Source of the DNA: Mobula hypostoma
Lineage: Eukaryota
Assembly: GCF_963921235.1 (NCBI RefSeq)
Contig: NC_086108.1
Span: 15,872,001 to 15,936,000, forward strand
Length of the DNA stretch: 64,000 nt
Reading direction: 5' to 3'
In this document: positions 27,550 to 41,756 of the stretch, in pieces
Layout: each line of letters opens with the position of its first letter
Numbering within the stretch: position 1 is the first letter of the stretch
Made by a program: the position numbers and the translations under genes
The notes under the pieces: generated by a model
Told to the model about the DNA's origin: nothing
The model's database searches: none
Seen by the model: only the letters and a program-made list of their open reading frames with translations

Positions 27550-29760
27550 CTTAGAGTTTCCGTGTGAAATTTACATTTACAACTTGGGTGTGAGTGTAGG
27601 AGGAATGATTAGTAAGTATGCAGATGACTTGAAAATTGGTGCTGATGAAAATTGATGGGAAGAATTGTTGTCTAAAGATACAGCAGGATATAGCTGAGAT
27701 AGAAAACTGAAAAGAGGATTGGCAGATGGAATTTAATCCAGACGAGTGTGAGACTGCCGTTTGGGAAGTCAAATGAGGGAGGCATATACTGTAGATGGAA
27801 GGGTGCTGTGGAATATTGATAAACAATGGATCTGGGGATTCAAGTGCACGGTTCTCTGAATATGCCAACACAGATCAATAGGATTCAATAGATGGTGAAG
27901 AAAGTGTATTTCATACTTGCTTTTCATAAATTGGGACATAGAGTGTTGGGACGTAATTTTGCAACTATACAAAACATTGGTTACACTGTACTGAGAGTAT
28001 TGTGTGCAGTTCTGGCCAGGAAGAATGTAGTTGCAGAGGCAAGAATGCAGAGGAGATTCACCAGGGTGTTGCCTAGATTGGAGTTATGGGGAGGGATTAG
28101 ATAGGCTGGGAAGAGTCTGTCTTTCCTTGAGTGAAGGGGGCTAAGTGAGGGGTGACCTCATAGAAGTACATAAAATTACAAGAGGCATAAAAAGAGGAGA
28201 TGCCCTGCCTGTTCAAATGTCTGTCTGAAAGCATCTTAAACATTGTGATTGTATCTGATTCCATCACCTGCTCTGGCAGCACCTTCCAGATATCAACGAC
28301 TCTAGAGGTATCAAGAACAAGAGGGCATAGGATTAAGGCGAGGGGAAGAAACTTGAAAGGGGATCCAATGGGGACGATTTTTCTCACAGAGAGTGGTTGA
28401 TAAAGAATTGCTATCAGATTGGGGCTCTGAGCCAGTTGTCAAAGATCAGCTGTGGAAAAGTTATTGGAAGGTATTCTAAGGGATGGGATATACAAGTATT
28501 GGATAGTCGTGGACTGATTAAGGATAGTCAACATGTCCTCGTGCATGGTAGATCATGTCTAACCAATCTTAGAGAGCTTTTCGAGGAAGTTACCAGGAAA
28601 GTGGATGATGGCAAGGTAATGGATGTTGTCTACATGGACCTTAGTCAGGTACTTGACAAGGTCCCATATAGGAGGCTGATCAAGAAGGTTCAGTCACTCA
28701 GCATTCAGGATGAGATAGTAAATTGTATTAGACATTGGCTTTGTGGGTGGTTAGAAGAGGGTTGCCTCTCTGACTGGAGGCCTGTGACTAGCGGTGTGAC
28801 ACAGGGATCAGTGCTGGGTCCTTTCGTGTTCATCATCTATATTAATGATCTGGATGATAATGTGGCGAACTAGATCAACAAATTTGCGGATGACACCATG
28901 TTTGGGGGTGTAGTTGACAGTGAGGAAGGCTATCATGGCTTGCAGAGGGACCTGCATCAGCTGGAAAAATGGGCTGAAAAGTGGCAAATGGAATTTGATG
29001 CAGACAAGTGCAAGGTGTTGGACTTCGGTAGGGCCAACCGGGGAGGTCTTACACAGTGAATGGTAGGGCAGTGAGGAGTATGGTAGAGCAAAGGGATCTG
29101 GGAATACAGGTCCATAATTATCTGAAAGTGGCATCACAGAGAAATTGGATCGTAAAGACCTCCATAAATCAATGTATTGAGTACAGAAGATGAGATGGTA
29201 TGTTGTATAAGACATTGGTGAGGCCTAATTTGGAGTATTGTGTGCAGTTTTGGTCACCTACCTACAGGAAAGATGTAAACAAGGTTGAAAGAGTGCAGAG
29301 AAAATTGACAAGGATATTGCCAAGTTTGGAGGACCTGAGTTATAAGGAAAGATTGAATAGGTTAAGGGCTGTATTCTTTAGAACATAGAAGATTAAGAGG
29401 AGATTTGATAGAGGTATACAAAATTACAAGCGGTATAGATAGGGTAAGTGCAAGCAGGCTTTTTCCACTGAGGTTAGATGGGACTGCAATCAGAGGTTAT
29501 GACTGAAGGATGAGAAGTTTAAGGGCAACATGAGGGGAAACTTCTTCATTCAGAGGGTCGTGAGAGTGTGGAATGAGCTGCTAGCACAAGTAGTCCATGG
29601 GAGTTGATCTCAATGTTTGACAGAAGTTTGGAAGGGTATGTGGATAGTATGATATGGAGGGGCTATGGGCTTGGTGCAGATCAGTGGCAGTAGGCGATGG
29701 TTTCAGCATGAACTGGATGGGGTGAAGGGCCCGTTTCTGTGCTGTACTTCTCTATGACTG
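27550..29760 (+). mobile_element. Two tandem degenerate CR1 RT fragments (boundary near 28410)
   Basis: ORF 28397..28873 ([31 protein letters not shown]) and ORF 29200..29388; 3' tail TCTATGACT near 29755. Confidence 0.85.
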
Positions 29761-30359
29761 ACAGGTAGTGAGTGAAACAATAGGTGGTTTACACCTACTT
29801 AACACTCCCTTCGGCAAACTACCTGTAGCAGATGAATTGCTGGAAGTGACTACTGTACAGTCCTTATGGAGACAATCCCATCACCCTCCCTGTTGTGCCG
29901 CACTGTAGACCAGCAGCCATAGCAGAAATCTGTAACTTCATACTGTCAGCCCTGGTGCAGGGAGGAGTGGAGAAGGGTTAACTGGGAGGTGCACCAGGTA
30001 TAACCAATACTGATGAGATGGCAGCCGAGTGACCCTGTAATATAGGATTAGGTGCACACTGAACAGTAACAACATGAAACACACAGAGATAAGTGATCTC
30101 ACAACCCATGATTCCAATCAAAGTTCTGTGATCCTACCACATCCAGTCGTGAATGGTGGTGGACTATTAAATACGTAGCTCACAGGAGGAGAAAGGTCCA
30201 AGAACATCCCATCCTCAACATGTGAGTGATAAAGGCTTGACCATTTGCTCCCGTGAATAATCCATCTCAGTACTCTGAAAAGGATAATTGACAGTGCAAA
30301 GATATAAAATTAGCATAAACTAACAATAAATGAATGGTGCAAAAAATAGAAATAATGAA

Positions 30360-31210
30360 AAACAAGAGAAAATCTGCAGATGCTGGATATCTGAGCAACA
30401 CAGCGGGCAAGGTAGCATCTAGGAAAAGGATACATTCGACGTTTTAGGCCAAAACCCATTGGCACGACTGGAGGAAAAAAGCTTGAGGAGTAGATTTAAA
30501 AGGTGGGGGGAGCGTGGGGGAAAGGGGAGAGAGAAGCACTAGGTGATAGGTAAAACCTGAAGGGTGAAGGATGAAGTAAAGAGCTGGGAAGTAAATTGAT
30601 AAAAGAGACAAGGCCATGGAAGAAAGGGAGGTGATGGGCAAGCATGGAGATAAGGTAAGAGACGGAAAAGGGGATGGAAAATGGTGAAGGAAAGGAGGGG
30701 GTGGGGGGAAATACTGGAAGTTCGAGAAATTGATATTCGTGCCATCAGGTTGGAGGCTACCCAAATTGAATATAAGGTGTTGTTCCTTCCACCTAAGTGT
30801 GGCCTCATCACAACAGTGGAGGAGGCCATGGATGGACATATCAGAATGGGAATGGGAAATGGAATTAAAATGGGTGGCCACTGGGAGATCCTGCTTTTAC
30901 TGGTAGGTAGAGTTTTGGTGCTTGGCAAAACGTTTTCCCAATCTACATCGGGTCTCACCAATATACAGGAGGCCACACCGGAAGTATATGATCCCAATAG
31001 ACTCTCAGGTGAAGTGTCACCTCACCTGGAAGGACTGTTTGGGGCTCTGAATGGTAGTGAGGGAGGAGGTGTAGCAGTTGTTCTACTTGCAAGGATAAGT
31101 GCCAGAACGGAGATCAGTGAGGAGGGACGAATGGACAAGGGAGACCCTGCAGCAGAAAATGGGGTCGGGGGTGGGGGGGAGGGAAGGATGTTCTTGGTGG
31201 TGGGATCATA
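30360..31210 (-). mobile_element. Penelope-like element 3' fragment with pLTR
   Basis: GIY-YIG remnant (GLLYIGETRCRLGKRF) and ATHFNSISHSHSDMSIHGLLHC..KEQHLIFNLGSLQPDG; pLTR AAATCTGCAGATGCTGG. Confidence 0.8.
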
Positions 31211-31214
31211 ATGA

Positions 31215-31625
31215 TGCTAGTGTTAATGTGTCCATGGACCATTCAGAAATGTAATGATGAAGGGGAAGAAGCTGTTTCTGAATCATTGAATGTGGATCTT
31301 CAACTTCCTAAACCTCTTCCCCAATGATGGTAGCGAAAAGAAAGCACGTGCCGGATGGTGTTGTGCCTTAGTGATGGATGCCACCTTCTTGATCGTGAGG
31401 AGGGTTGTGCCCATGACAGAGCCAGCTGAGTCTAAAACCCCTTGCACCCCTGCTGATTGCAGCCTCCATACCAAGCTCTGATGCAGCCAGTCAAAATGTT
31501 TGCTGTTGTACAACTATCAAAATTTGTAGTCTTTGGTGACATACCCAATCCCTTCAAACTCCCAATAAAGCAGAGCCACTGACCCACTTTTGTGATTGCA
31601 TCAATGTGTTGGGCTCAGGATAGAT
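31215..31625 (-). mobile_element. Rex1/Babar-like LINE 3' fragment
   Basis: ORF 31283..31513 KKVASITKAQHHPARAFFSLPSLGKRFRKLK; homologous to 50400-50524 + 61470-61550. Confidence 0.7.
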
Positions 31626-32879
31626 AGTATCGGGCCAGTTTGATTCATTCCACATAACATCAGGAAACTGAGAACACTGGAAGCATTAAAGGGTTTTGCT
31701 GTAATACTGAAGACCTGTGCTCTAGAACTAGCTATGCCTCTAGTAAAGCTGCTCCAGTACAGTTACCTGACAGTGTGGAACATTCCCCAGGGCATTTACA
31801 AAAAGCATGACAAATCCAATACAGCTTGTTACCATCCAGTCTGGCAAATTGCAGTCAGTGGTTTTCAAAGGAAGGTCATTATGATCGTTGGGCATCACTG
31901 CAGGAGTTATTGAGAACATTGTTCTTGACCAAACTATCTTCAGCTGCTTCATCAATGACCTTCCTTCTATCATAAGCTTGGATTGAGGATGTTAGTTGCA
32001 CAGCACCTTGTCAGATGTGCAGTCCGTACTTGTGTGCAGGAAAACTGTAGCCACTGTGTAGAGGAAATCGACGGGATTGTGACACAAGTGTGTGTGTGTA
32101 ATTCTGAACCCAAGGGATGTACTAAATTTTTGAAAACATCCTGAGTTGCCTATCTGGCAATGGATTTAAATCCTGCAATACAGAGGAGCATTCATCCAGG
32201 GTCCTGCTGTTCAGTGTCTTAGCCATTAATCTCGCTTTATCCCTACTGCATCACTAATTCTGTTTGTCTCACCAACCCGTCTGCCAGTGCATTCCAGTTC
32301 TCAACAGGAACAGAAGGCTGTCACCTCCCAGAATTATATTTTCCATTTTCAATCCGTCTCTCCATCTTGTTTCTGTATCCTCTATATCTTTACCTAAAAA
32401 AAAATTAGTCACAAAGTAATGTAGTACGGAAACAAGCCCTTCTGCCCAACTGCTCCATGCTGATTAGGTTGCCCAACTAAGCTAGTCCCATTTGCCCACT
32501 TATCCTTCTGAACCTTTCCCATCCAATCAACCCTCTCCTTTTCCTCTCCCACTATCTTCTCCTTTTCTCTGTCTACCCTCTCTCCCCTCTCCCTCTGTAA
32601 CATGTTTTTTAAAAAAAACTTGTCAAACCTTATATTGTATAAAGCCGTAACAGTTTTGGTTTGTGAGTTTTAATTGATTCCTAGTCTCAGTAACTCATAA
32701 TTCAGAGATCTCTGGATTTTCACAGCTGCTGTGTGGACAGTCATCTCCCAACTGCCCAGTTCTGTCTTCTTGCTCTGGAACACATCCCTTCACCTGGGAG
32801 AGTGTGAGGGTGGGAAAGTTTTAGCTCTGCCTTTCAAAATTGGAGAGCCTATTGATGGAGTGCTTTGTTCAACCATCAG

Positions 32880-33074
32880 GGTAAGGTGCTGACTTGTGAG
32901 CGGTGCTGCGAGCTCTTCAGAAAGGACGGCGAGCTGATCCCAGAGCCTGGGCAGGCCAACATGCACCAGGATGTGGATGAAGAGAAGGAACTCCTAAAGA
33001 AACAGCTGAGAGAGATGGAACTGGAACTCGCACAAACCAAACTACAGCTCGTGGAGGCTAAATGCAAAATACAG
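32880..33074 (+). CDS. RABGAP1L: RABGAP1L coding exon: GKVLTCERCCELF...KKQLREMELELAQTKLQLVEAKCKIQ
   Basis: cag/gtacc boundaries, 195 bp, phase 0; the ELELAQTKLQLVEAKCKIQ hallmark is present. Confidence 0.95.
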
Positions 33075-33127
33075 GTACCAGTTCAACAGGGAGGTAAGAG
33101 CTGAACCAGCTACTGGTGAAAGGCTAC

Positions 33128-33915
33128 CTCCTCTCCCTTCTTTCTTTCCCCTCTCTCTCCTTTCTCTCCCTTTCTCCCTCTCTCCTGCATATTAACCCTT
33201 TTTAACATTCTCTCTAAGTCATTGTCCTCACTCATTCTCTCTCTCACATGTTTTTTGTTATCTCATTTTTCCTTATCCTCCTCCTATTATTTTACTTTCT
33301 CTTCCTATCGCTTATGTTCTCCTATCTCATTGTAGTCACATTCACTCTCTCTCGTTCTCCAAGTCTGACACACCCTTAGTTCCACTCCGTCTCAATCCTC
33401 TAGCCAAGTCCCATCTCAGTCTTTCTCATCCCTGTTTTATTCCTCACTCACTCTCCTTCACTATGTCTCTGCATGTCTCATTGTTGCTCCCTTTCTCTCT
33501 TTCACATTTTGTCTTTCTCACTATTTCACTATTTCTTACCTTCTACTTCTTCTCTCCTACTCTCCCCTCCCCTTCTCTCCCTCTGTCCTCCCCTCCATTT
33601 CTCTCCCTCTCTTTCTCTATTTCTTCTCCAGTCCCTCTCTGTTCTCCACTCTCTCTCTCCCTCTTCCCCTCTCACCCCTATCTCCCCCTCTCCTATTTCT
33701 CCCTCTCTCTCTCTTTTCCTTCCCTCTCTCTCTCTATCTCTCCCTTCTCCCCCTGTCCTATCTCTCCCCCTCTCTCCCTCCCCCTCTCTCTTCTCTCCCT
33801 CCCTCCTCTCCCTTCTCTCCCTCCCTCCTCTCCATCCCTCCCGTCTTTCCCCCTCTCCTTCTTTTCTCTCTCTCCTATCTCTTCCCCTCTCTGAAGTTTT
33901 CTCTCTCTCTTTCTC
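33128..33915. repeat. Long CT-rich tract filling most of the last intron
   Basis: About 790 bp pyrimidine-rich low-complexity sequence. Confidence 0.9.
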
Positions 33916-34028
33916 CACTGCCTCTATCTACCCAATATGTGTACAAGTACAATTGTGTTGAGTGTTCCCACCCCACCCCCATGTGCGATTTTGGGGCTGA
34001 ATTCCTTCTCTGTTGTATGTTCTTTTAA

Positions 34029-34184
<156 letters not shown>

Positions 34185-35039
34185 TCCTGACCAGCTCCAG
34201 ACTGTGTGAGCAGCATCCTAAACACTACTCCACACAGCCAGGCTGCACAGGGGAAAGGCAGTTACTGGAGAGTACCAGCCTGTCTGGCTGACCACTGTTA
34301 GCCCTTTTGTACATTCATAGGTTCGTTCATTATTTAATCCAATGTTACTAACTGTTGGTTTGTGTATTGTAAGGCAACAGATGTTTATTGTATTTTATAT
34401 TACCTTGGTGTTCCTTTCATTGCCATTGGTCTTTTGATTGACATTGCCACTGGCCAATGTAGTAAAAGCACCAGTTCTGTACTCTGCATGAGGGAAGGTT
34501 TCCCTACAGTATTCTACCCCTCCCTGAATATAATAACATCTTCCTTCCCTCCCTGGGCTCAGTGACTGAGAACAATCAAGCTCTGTGCCAGTCTGTCTCA
34601 GACTGACTGAGAGTGTCACCCTCAGTTGATTTGATCGGCTGATATTTGTTGCATTGTTTATGTTGGTTGCTGAGCCACATGGCCACTGGCTGGACACCTT
34701 GAATGTTCTTTTAACATCCTGCAGGACTGCCCCAACCTTCTCCTCTTAGAGTCTTTACAAACTGATGTGTGTAGATGTGGCAATGTAACTGATACTGGAT
34801 TCAATTTGCACAATGTATAAAGAAATTATCTATCTTGTTTCTCTAATTTTCAAACTGGCTCAATATTAAAAATAGTTAAATTTGGGAAAGATTTTATGCT
34901 TAATCTGCTTCCTGTCCTGGCAGGAGGTAGGTTTTTTCTGTTTCGGGTTATCTATAGTTTCAGGCTTCCCATCTCTTGACTCATGGCACAGACCCAGACC
35001 TATGGGAGAGCTTGAATTTCTAACAGTTGTATTTTCGAA

Positions 35040-35045
35040 AATAAA
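35040..35045 (+). terminator. Likely polyadenylation signal of RABGAP1L (AATAAA); alternative ATTAAA at 34865
   Basis: First AATAAA I found after the stop codon, at the end of a TE-free 3' UTR-like stretch, with TTGTGTCTG downstream. Confidence 0.6.
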
Positions 35046-35419
35046 CTAACTGGCTCAGACTTGTGTCTGCCTGAATTCTGTGACACTCCATCATGGGAGA
35101 TAACACATTTGTCTATAGGGCATTCCCAGCTCCTCGATCACCTTGCCAGTTCAGCTAGAGCAGATCCAGAGTAAGTTGGGACAAACTCCTGGACAGCAAA
35201 AGCTTGGGACCATTGCTCTCTAGCACTGCACTGCATGCAGGATATCCTGACCACTGCCTGTGGCACAGACACTCATTAACTGACCAGGGCTTGTCCACAT
35301 TACCAGATGTTAGATCCAGCAGGATTTTAGACATCCATCCATAACCAACAAAGGGTGAATGACACAGAAATAGCTGTCATTGGAAAGGCACAATGACTGG
35401 ACAGGACGGGGAAGAAAAC

Positions 35420-36370
35420 ATTTGGCACATTTGCATCATCAGTCTGGGCATTTACAAGAGTTGCAATGTCATGTTATAATTGTTTGAGTTGTTAGTGAGG
35501 CCACACTGGAAGTATTGTGTGCCTTTCTGGTTATTCAGCTATAGGAAGGATGTCACGTAGGAAAAGATATGTAAGTGTGTTGATGGATATGGAGGGTTTG
35601 AGTCATAAGGAAAGGCTAGATAGACTGGGACTTTTTCTCAGAATGTGGGAGGCTGAGCAGTGACCTTATAGATCTTTGTAAAATTATGAGGAGCATAGAT
35701 AAGGTCACTGTCTTTTCCCCATGATAGGAGAGTTTAAAACTAAAGGATATTGGTTTAAGGTGAGAGGGGAACGTTTTAAAAAGGACCAGATTTACAGTTT
35801 CTTCACACAGAGGGCAGGAGGTATGTGGAACAAGTTGCCGGAAGAAGTAGTGGAGGTGCATAAAATTACACTGTTTAGAATATGTTTGGATAGACAAATG
35901 GATAGGAATGTTTAGAGCGATGTGGCCAAGTGCAGACCAATGGGATGAGCTCACATGGGCATAGAGTCGTAGAAAAGTACAACACAGAAACAACCCCTTT
36001 GGCCCAGCTAGTCCATGCTGAACCATTTAAACTGCCTACTCCCATCAGCCTGCACAGGGACCATTGCCATCCATACCCCTACCATCTGTGCACCTAACCA
36101 AATTTCTTTTAAGCATTGAAATCGAGCTCGCATGCACTACTTGTGCTGGCAGCTCGTTCCACACTCTCATGACCCTCTGCGAGAAAAAGTTTTTGTCAGA
36201 TTCCCCTTAATCTTTTCACCTTTCACCCTTAACCCATGACCTCTAGTTGTAGTCCCACCCAATTTCAGTAGAAAAAGTCTACTTGTATTTATTAAAGGTG
36301 CACACAATAGCCCAAATTAGGCCTCACTAATGTCTTGTACAACTTCAATGTTACACCCTCTCTCCTGTAT
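35420..36370. mobile_element. Two CR1 3' fragments tail to tail (+ 35420-35960; minus 35965-36370)
   Basis: FFTQRAGGMWNKLPEEVVE on +; reverse-oriented 3' UTR motifs. Confidence 0.75.
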
Positions 36371-36384
36371 TCAATAATTTTATT

Positions 36385-36655
36385 TATTTATTTGTTTGTT
36401 GGGACTCAGTGCGGAGTAGGCCCTTGCACCTCAAGCCATGCCAATCAGCAATCCCCTAATTTTAATGCCAGCGTAATCACGGGACAATTTACAATGATAA
36501 ATTAGCCTACCGACCAGTATGTGTGGGAGGAAACCAGAACACACAAAGAAAACCCACATGGTCAGGGAGAACATACAAACTCCTTACCGGTAGTAGCGAG
36601 AATTGAACCCGGGTCACCTGTACTATAAAGCCTTGTGCTAACCACTACGTAATTA
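36385..36655 (-). mobile_element. V-SINE-like SINE
   Basis: Reverse-complement A/B boxes (GCTAACCACTAC, AATTGAACCC), V-domain GTGGGAGGAAACCAG and (TTTA)n tail. Confidence 0.75.
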
Positions 36656-36774
36656 CCCCATTAGGTAATTTCTAAGGTAAGGACATGTTCGGCACAGCTT
36701 TGTGGGCCAAAGCGCCTGTATTGTGCTGTAGGTTCTCTATGTTTACTACGCTACCCAATGTGCCAAAAGCTTTA

Positions 36775-36970
36775 TAGAAACATAGAAAATAGGTGCAGGA
36801 GTAGGCCATTTGGCCCTTTGAGCCTGCACCGCCATTCATTACGATCATGGCTGATCATCCAACTCAGAACCCTGTACCTGTCTTCTCTCTATACCCCCTT
36901 GATCCCTTCAGCCACAAGGGCCTTATCTAACTCCCTCTTAAATATAGCCAATGAACTGGCCTCAACTGTT
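36775..36970 (-). mobile_element. Very short 5'-truncated young CR1
   Basis: ATAGAAACATAGAAAATAGGTGCAGGAGTAGGCC tail shared with the young subfamily. Confidence 0.85.
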
Positions 36971-39900
36971 TATGACCCTGTCTACCTGTGACACCACTTT
37001 CAATGAAGTACAGACCTGTATTCCACATCCCATTGCTCTGCTGCACCCCTCAGTGCCCTGCTGTTCACCATGTAAGACTTAGGGTGGTGGGTTCTACCAA
37101 AGGCCGACACCTTGCACTTGTCTGCATTAAATTCCATCTGCCATTTTTCAGCCTATTTTTCTAGCTGATGCAAATCCCTCTGCAACTCTGACAGTCTTCC
37201 TAGCTGTCCACTGCAGCCTCAGTTTTGGTGTCATCCATAAATTTGCTGATCCAGTTAACCACATTATCTGGACAAACGACAGACCCAGCATCATTCCCTG
37301 CAGCACTCCACTCATCACAGGCCTCTAGTCAGAGAGGGAATAATCTGCTACCACTCTCTGGCCTCTCCCCCAAAACCAATGTCTAATCCAATTTACTACC
37401 TCATCTTGAATGCCGAGCGACTGAACCTTCTTGACCAACCTTCCATGTGGTTCCTTGTCAAGTGCCTTGCCAAATCCATGTAGACAATGTCCACTGCCTT
37501 GCCTTCATCCACTTTCTTGATAACAGCTTTGAAAAACTCTATAAGGTTGGTAAAATATGACCCACCTCACATGAAGCCATGCTGAATGTCCTTAATTAGA
37601 TTAGATTATGAGGACACGCAGTCCTCTTTTATTGTCATTTAGTAATGCATGCATTAAGAAATGATACAATGTTCCTCCAGTATGATATCACAGAAACACA
37701 AGACAAACCAAGACTAAAAAAACTGACAAAAACCACATAATTATAACATATAGTTACAACAGTGCAAAGCAATACCGTAATTTGGTAAAGAACAAACCAT
37801 GGGCACAGTAAAAAAAAAAGTCTCAAAGTCTCTCAAAAGTCCCATCATCTCACGCAGACGGTAGAAGGAAGAAAAAACTCTCCCTGCCATGAACCTCCAG
37901 CGCCGCAAACTTGCCAATGCAGCACCCAACCACAGTCCGACTCTTGAGTCTGTCCGAAAACTTCGAGCCTCCGACACCGAGCACCGAGCACCATCTCTGC
38001 TGAGCGCTTCGAACCCGGCCCCGGCAACAAGCAATAGGCAAAGCCGAGGATTTGGGGCCTTCCCCTCCAGAGATTCTGGATCACACAGTAGCAGCGGCAG
38101 TGAAGCAGGCATTTCAGAAGTTTCTCCAGATGTTCCTCTGCACTTCTCACGTCTGTCTCCATCAAATCAGGATTGTGCACGGTACCTACTTAACAAATAC
38201 CGATATCATTTTGGAGCGGCCGCGCACGCTACGTCGCAACACCATCTTCTCCTCCCCTCCCCTTAGTCCATGTCTATCCAACTACTTATATATCCAGCTG
38301 AGGGAACTGCTTGTTAGGCCCTGGGGATTTATCCACCCTAATTTTCTCCAGGACAGCAAACACCTCCTCCTCTGTAATCTGTATAGGGTCCAGGAAATTG
38401 ATGCCACTTTTCCTCACACTGTGTCCACCTCCTGAGTAAATACAGATGCAAAAAATTAATTTAAGATCTTCCTTATCTCTTTTGGCTCCACACCTCACTA
38501 GACAGTTCTCCAGTTGGTCATAACTGAGCACTGCTGTAACATTTTCCTTGACTAGTATCTCCACCACTCCTCCTCTAATCTCTCCTGTTTCGTCATGCTT
38601 AAAACAATGGAAGCCCAGAATACTGAGCTGCCAGACCTGCCCCTCCTGCAACCAAATGACTACAATATCAAAATTGTATGTGTTGATCCATGCTTTGAGC
38701 TCATCAGCCTTAACTATGATACTTCTTGCATTGAAATATAAGCATGCTCAGGACATTGATTACACCATGCTCAACCTTTTGATTCCTGACTTTTGAGGTC
38801 TTAACAAGATCTGTCTCCACAACCTTTCCACTAACTGTTTTGGCACTTTGGTTCCCATCCTCTGCAGCTCTGGTTTAAGCACCACCACGCAGCACAAGCA
38901 AACCCTTCTGCTCGGATATTAGCCCCCTTCCAGTTCAGGTGCATACCATCTCTTCTGTACAGGTCCCACTTTTCCTGGAAGAGAGCACAATGATCCAAAA
39001 ATCCTATGCCTTCACTCCTACACCAACTCCTTAACCATGTGATAAAACTGTATGATCTTCCTAGTTCTGGCATCACTAGCATGAGGCATGGGTAGCAATC
39101 CTGAGATCACAACCCTGGAGGTCCTGCCCTTTAACTTAGCACCTAATTTCCTGAACTCCCTTTGCAGAACCTTGTCATTCTTCCTACCTATGTCCTTGGT
39201 ATCTTTGTGGACCACGAATTCTAGCTGTTCACCTTCCCAATTAAGATTACTAAAACTCAATCCAAGATATTCTGAACCCTGGCACCTGGGAGGCCACATA
39301 ACATCTGGGAATCTCGTTATATCCACAGAGTCTCCTTTCTGTTCCCCCAACTAACGAATCCCCTGTCACCACAGCTCGCCTCTTCTCCCCCACTTCCCTT
39401 CTGAGTCATAGAGTCAGACTCGGTGTCAGAGACCCAACCGCTGTGACTTTCCTGTGCTAGGTCATTCCCCTCTCCCCAACAGTATCCAAAGTGATATAAC
39501 TGTTGTTGAGGGGTGTTAACACTGGGGTACTCTGGACTGGCTCCTTAACCCCTTTCCCCAAACCCCTGTCACTCAGTTTCCTGTGTCCTGCGCCTTGGGT
39601 ATAACTACCTCTCTATATGTCTTATCTATCACCCCTTCAGCCTCACAAATGATCTGAATTTCATACTGTTCCAACTCCAACTCCTTAATGCAGAGTGTTA
39701 GTAGCTGCAGCTGAATGCACTTCTCACAGTTGTAGTTATCAGGGACACTGGAGGTCTTTCTGACTTCCCACATCCCGCAAGAGGGGCATTCCACTATTAT
39801 CCCTGGCATCTCTACTTTTCTAACTGAGCAAATATGAAAGAACAATAAACTATGGGGTGAGGTGGGGAACTCTACCTACAGATTTCACTGAAGCCTCTCC

Positions 39901-40000
39901 ATGCTGAAACTTCCAAGAGTTAAAGCCTGAAAATATCCACTCTGACTCTGACCACTCCAACGATGGCCACGCCAATAATAGCTGCTCTGCTTGCCCCTAC
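36971..40000 (-). mobile_element. Internally deleted CR1 retaining ORF1 remnants (zinc finger + SGNH esterase), interrupted at 37596-38260
   Basis: VECPSCGMWE..NCEKCIQLQLL (39573..39845), VVISGLLP and WDLYRRDGMHLNWKG, followed by EN and RT remnants. Confidence 0.8.
37596..38260 (-). mobile_element. About 660-bp young CpG-rich non-autonomous retroposon
   Basis: Minus strand starts GGGAGGGGAGGAGAAGATGG and ends AATAAAAGAGG..CATAATCTAATCTAAT; splits a CR1 RT sequence that resumes after it. Confidence 0.7.
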
Positions 40001-41214
40001 CTTACTTTAATTTGTTCTTGCCAATCAATCCCACACTGATTGGCCACTGCTCAAAGCACCAAACTGCAGCAAGTTGTTGTCTTTTCAATTCAATCAGCGA
40101 ATCTGAATGAGCTACATCTTCTTAGGCTTCTGATCTCCAATTTGCTGCTCCTCAAAGCTCCAAACTGCTACAAGTTGCTGTCTTTTCTACTGAGTTGGTG
40201 AACCTGAATGAGCTATGTCTTCTCAGGCTTTCAATCTCCAATTTGCCACTACTCAAATCTTAGTCAATATGGGCATCTGGACCAAAGACCTGTTTTCATG
40301 TTTTTTTTTTAACTCTGATTCTACAACTGACTGATCCCTATGTGAATGCATTCAAACATCACAGCAAGTTAGAGGAGTGATACTGAGGGAAAATGCAAGA
40401 TGGAAATCACAAGCATGATTGGATAACGGTCCAGTCACAATCTTACTCACACATACACTTCTGGGAAACAGGAAGCTGAGACACAACCTTCAACCAGTAC
40501 TGGAAGTCAGTTCCACACTTGGTTACATATTCCCACAGAGGTCCAGGTGACAGTCATACTATGAGGTGCTCTTCTCGGGCACTGACATTACTGACACCCT
40601 GATGAAGCAAGTGGTAACTTGCCATTTGCCTTCATAATAAACCTATCAACTTGTGCAGACACTTTCAGGGACTATGGACTTGGACCTCAACATCCCTCTG
40701 CATATCAACACTGTTAAGGGAATGCCATTACCTTACATTTGATCTCCCAAATGCAGCACTTCACATGTGGCCAGGTAAAGCTCCATCTGCCATTTATTCG
40801 CCCACATCTGCAACTGGTCTGTCCACCATATCCTTTGCCGGACCTTACACTACTCACTTCTATGCCAATCTTCATATAATCTGTAAATTTACCAACCTAT
40901 CCATCTACACTTTCATCCATGTCATTTATACAGTCTATATCACAAACATCAGTGGTCCTGTAAAAATCTCAGTGGAACACCACTTGGCAAGGCATCCAGC
41001 CAGAATAAGTCACATCAACCACTATGGGCATCATGATCCCATGCAGTTTAATCATCTGGATGAGCCTCCTATGAGAGACCTCGTCAAATGTCTTACTAAA
41101 ATCCATGTGGAGAACATCCACAGCTCTACCTCCATCAATCACTTTTGTCACCTCCTCAAAAAACTCCGGTAAAACATGACTTGCCCCACATAAAGCTAAG
41201 CTGACTGTTTTTAA

Positions 41215-41740
41215 CTGAGGCCCACCATTGGTCAAGGTCGACCATGAATGATGAATGTTGCATTCCAGCTGTCCGCGCGATCTGCAAACCAGTCTGCAAC
41301 CCAGGGCAGTACAATATGGAGAGCAAACCATTGCCATGGAGCTCCCCCTCTCCATGTGGCTGATGAGTCCAAAGGAACAACAAAGACCGATACAGTTTGG
41401 CACCAGCAGCATTGCAGGAGCTCCAGTTAGCATTGCACTTGACAGAGGACCACCTTAGGGATTCCAGCTCTGGATTTTTCCTTGGGGTTTACTCGTGAAA
41501 CCCTCCCTATGTGTGGGTACAGCTGCAAGGCAGCAGAAATTTGAGATCTGAGTTTTTCTTATAGATGGGCTGCTGAGCACAGCTGACGAGCCTCTGCCCG
41601 AAGTGATTGGTTTTAAGGTGCCAGTAACCCACCTTTGCCCGTTCTCCTGTAGAAATGGTTCCACCAGGCTTAGTAGCTAAGCCACATGTGAAGGCCAGGA
41701 GCTGGACTTGGTTATCAGAGACGTACAATAGTGGGAGCAT
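41215..41740. mobile_element. Non-coding interspersed repeat, possibly RTE-related
   Basis: Discrete GC-richer block between two CR1 pieces; family assignment by general resemblance only. Confidence 0.35.
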
Positions 41741-41756
41741 TTAATAGATAGAGGGA

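Noticed and set aside
32876..32886. CAGG|GTAAGG donor-like motif at the exon start as a recursive splice site
   Set aside because: It is offset by one base from the AG|GT configuration and is explained by the Gly-Lys codons.
37741..38435. Cluster of overlapping 110-127 aa ORFs
   Set aside because: They lie within a GC-rich repeat insert and show no recognisable protein motifs.
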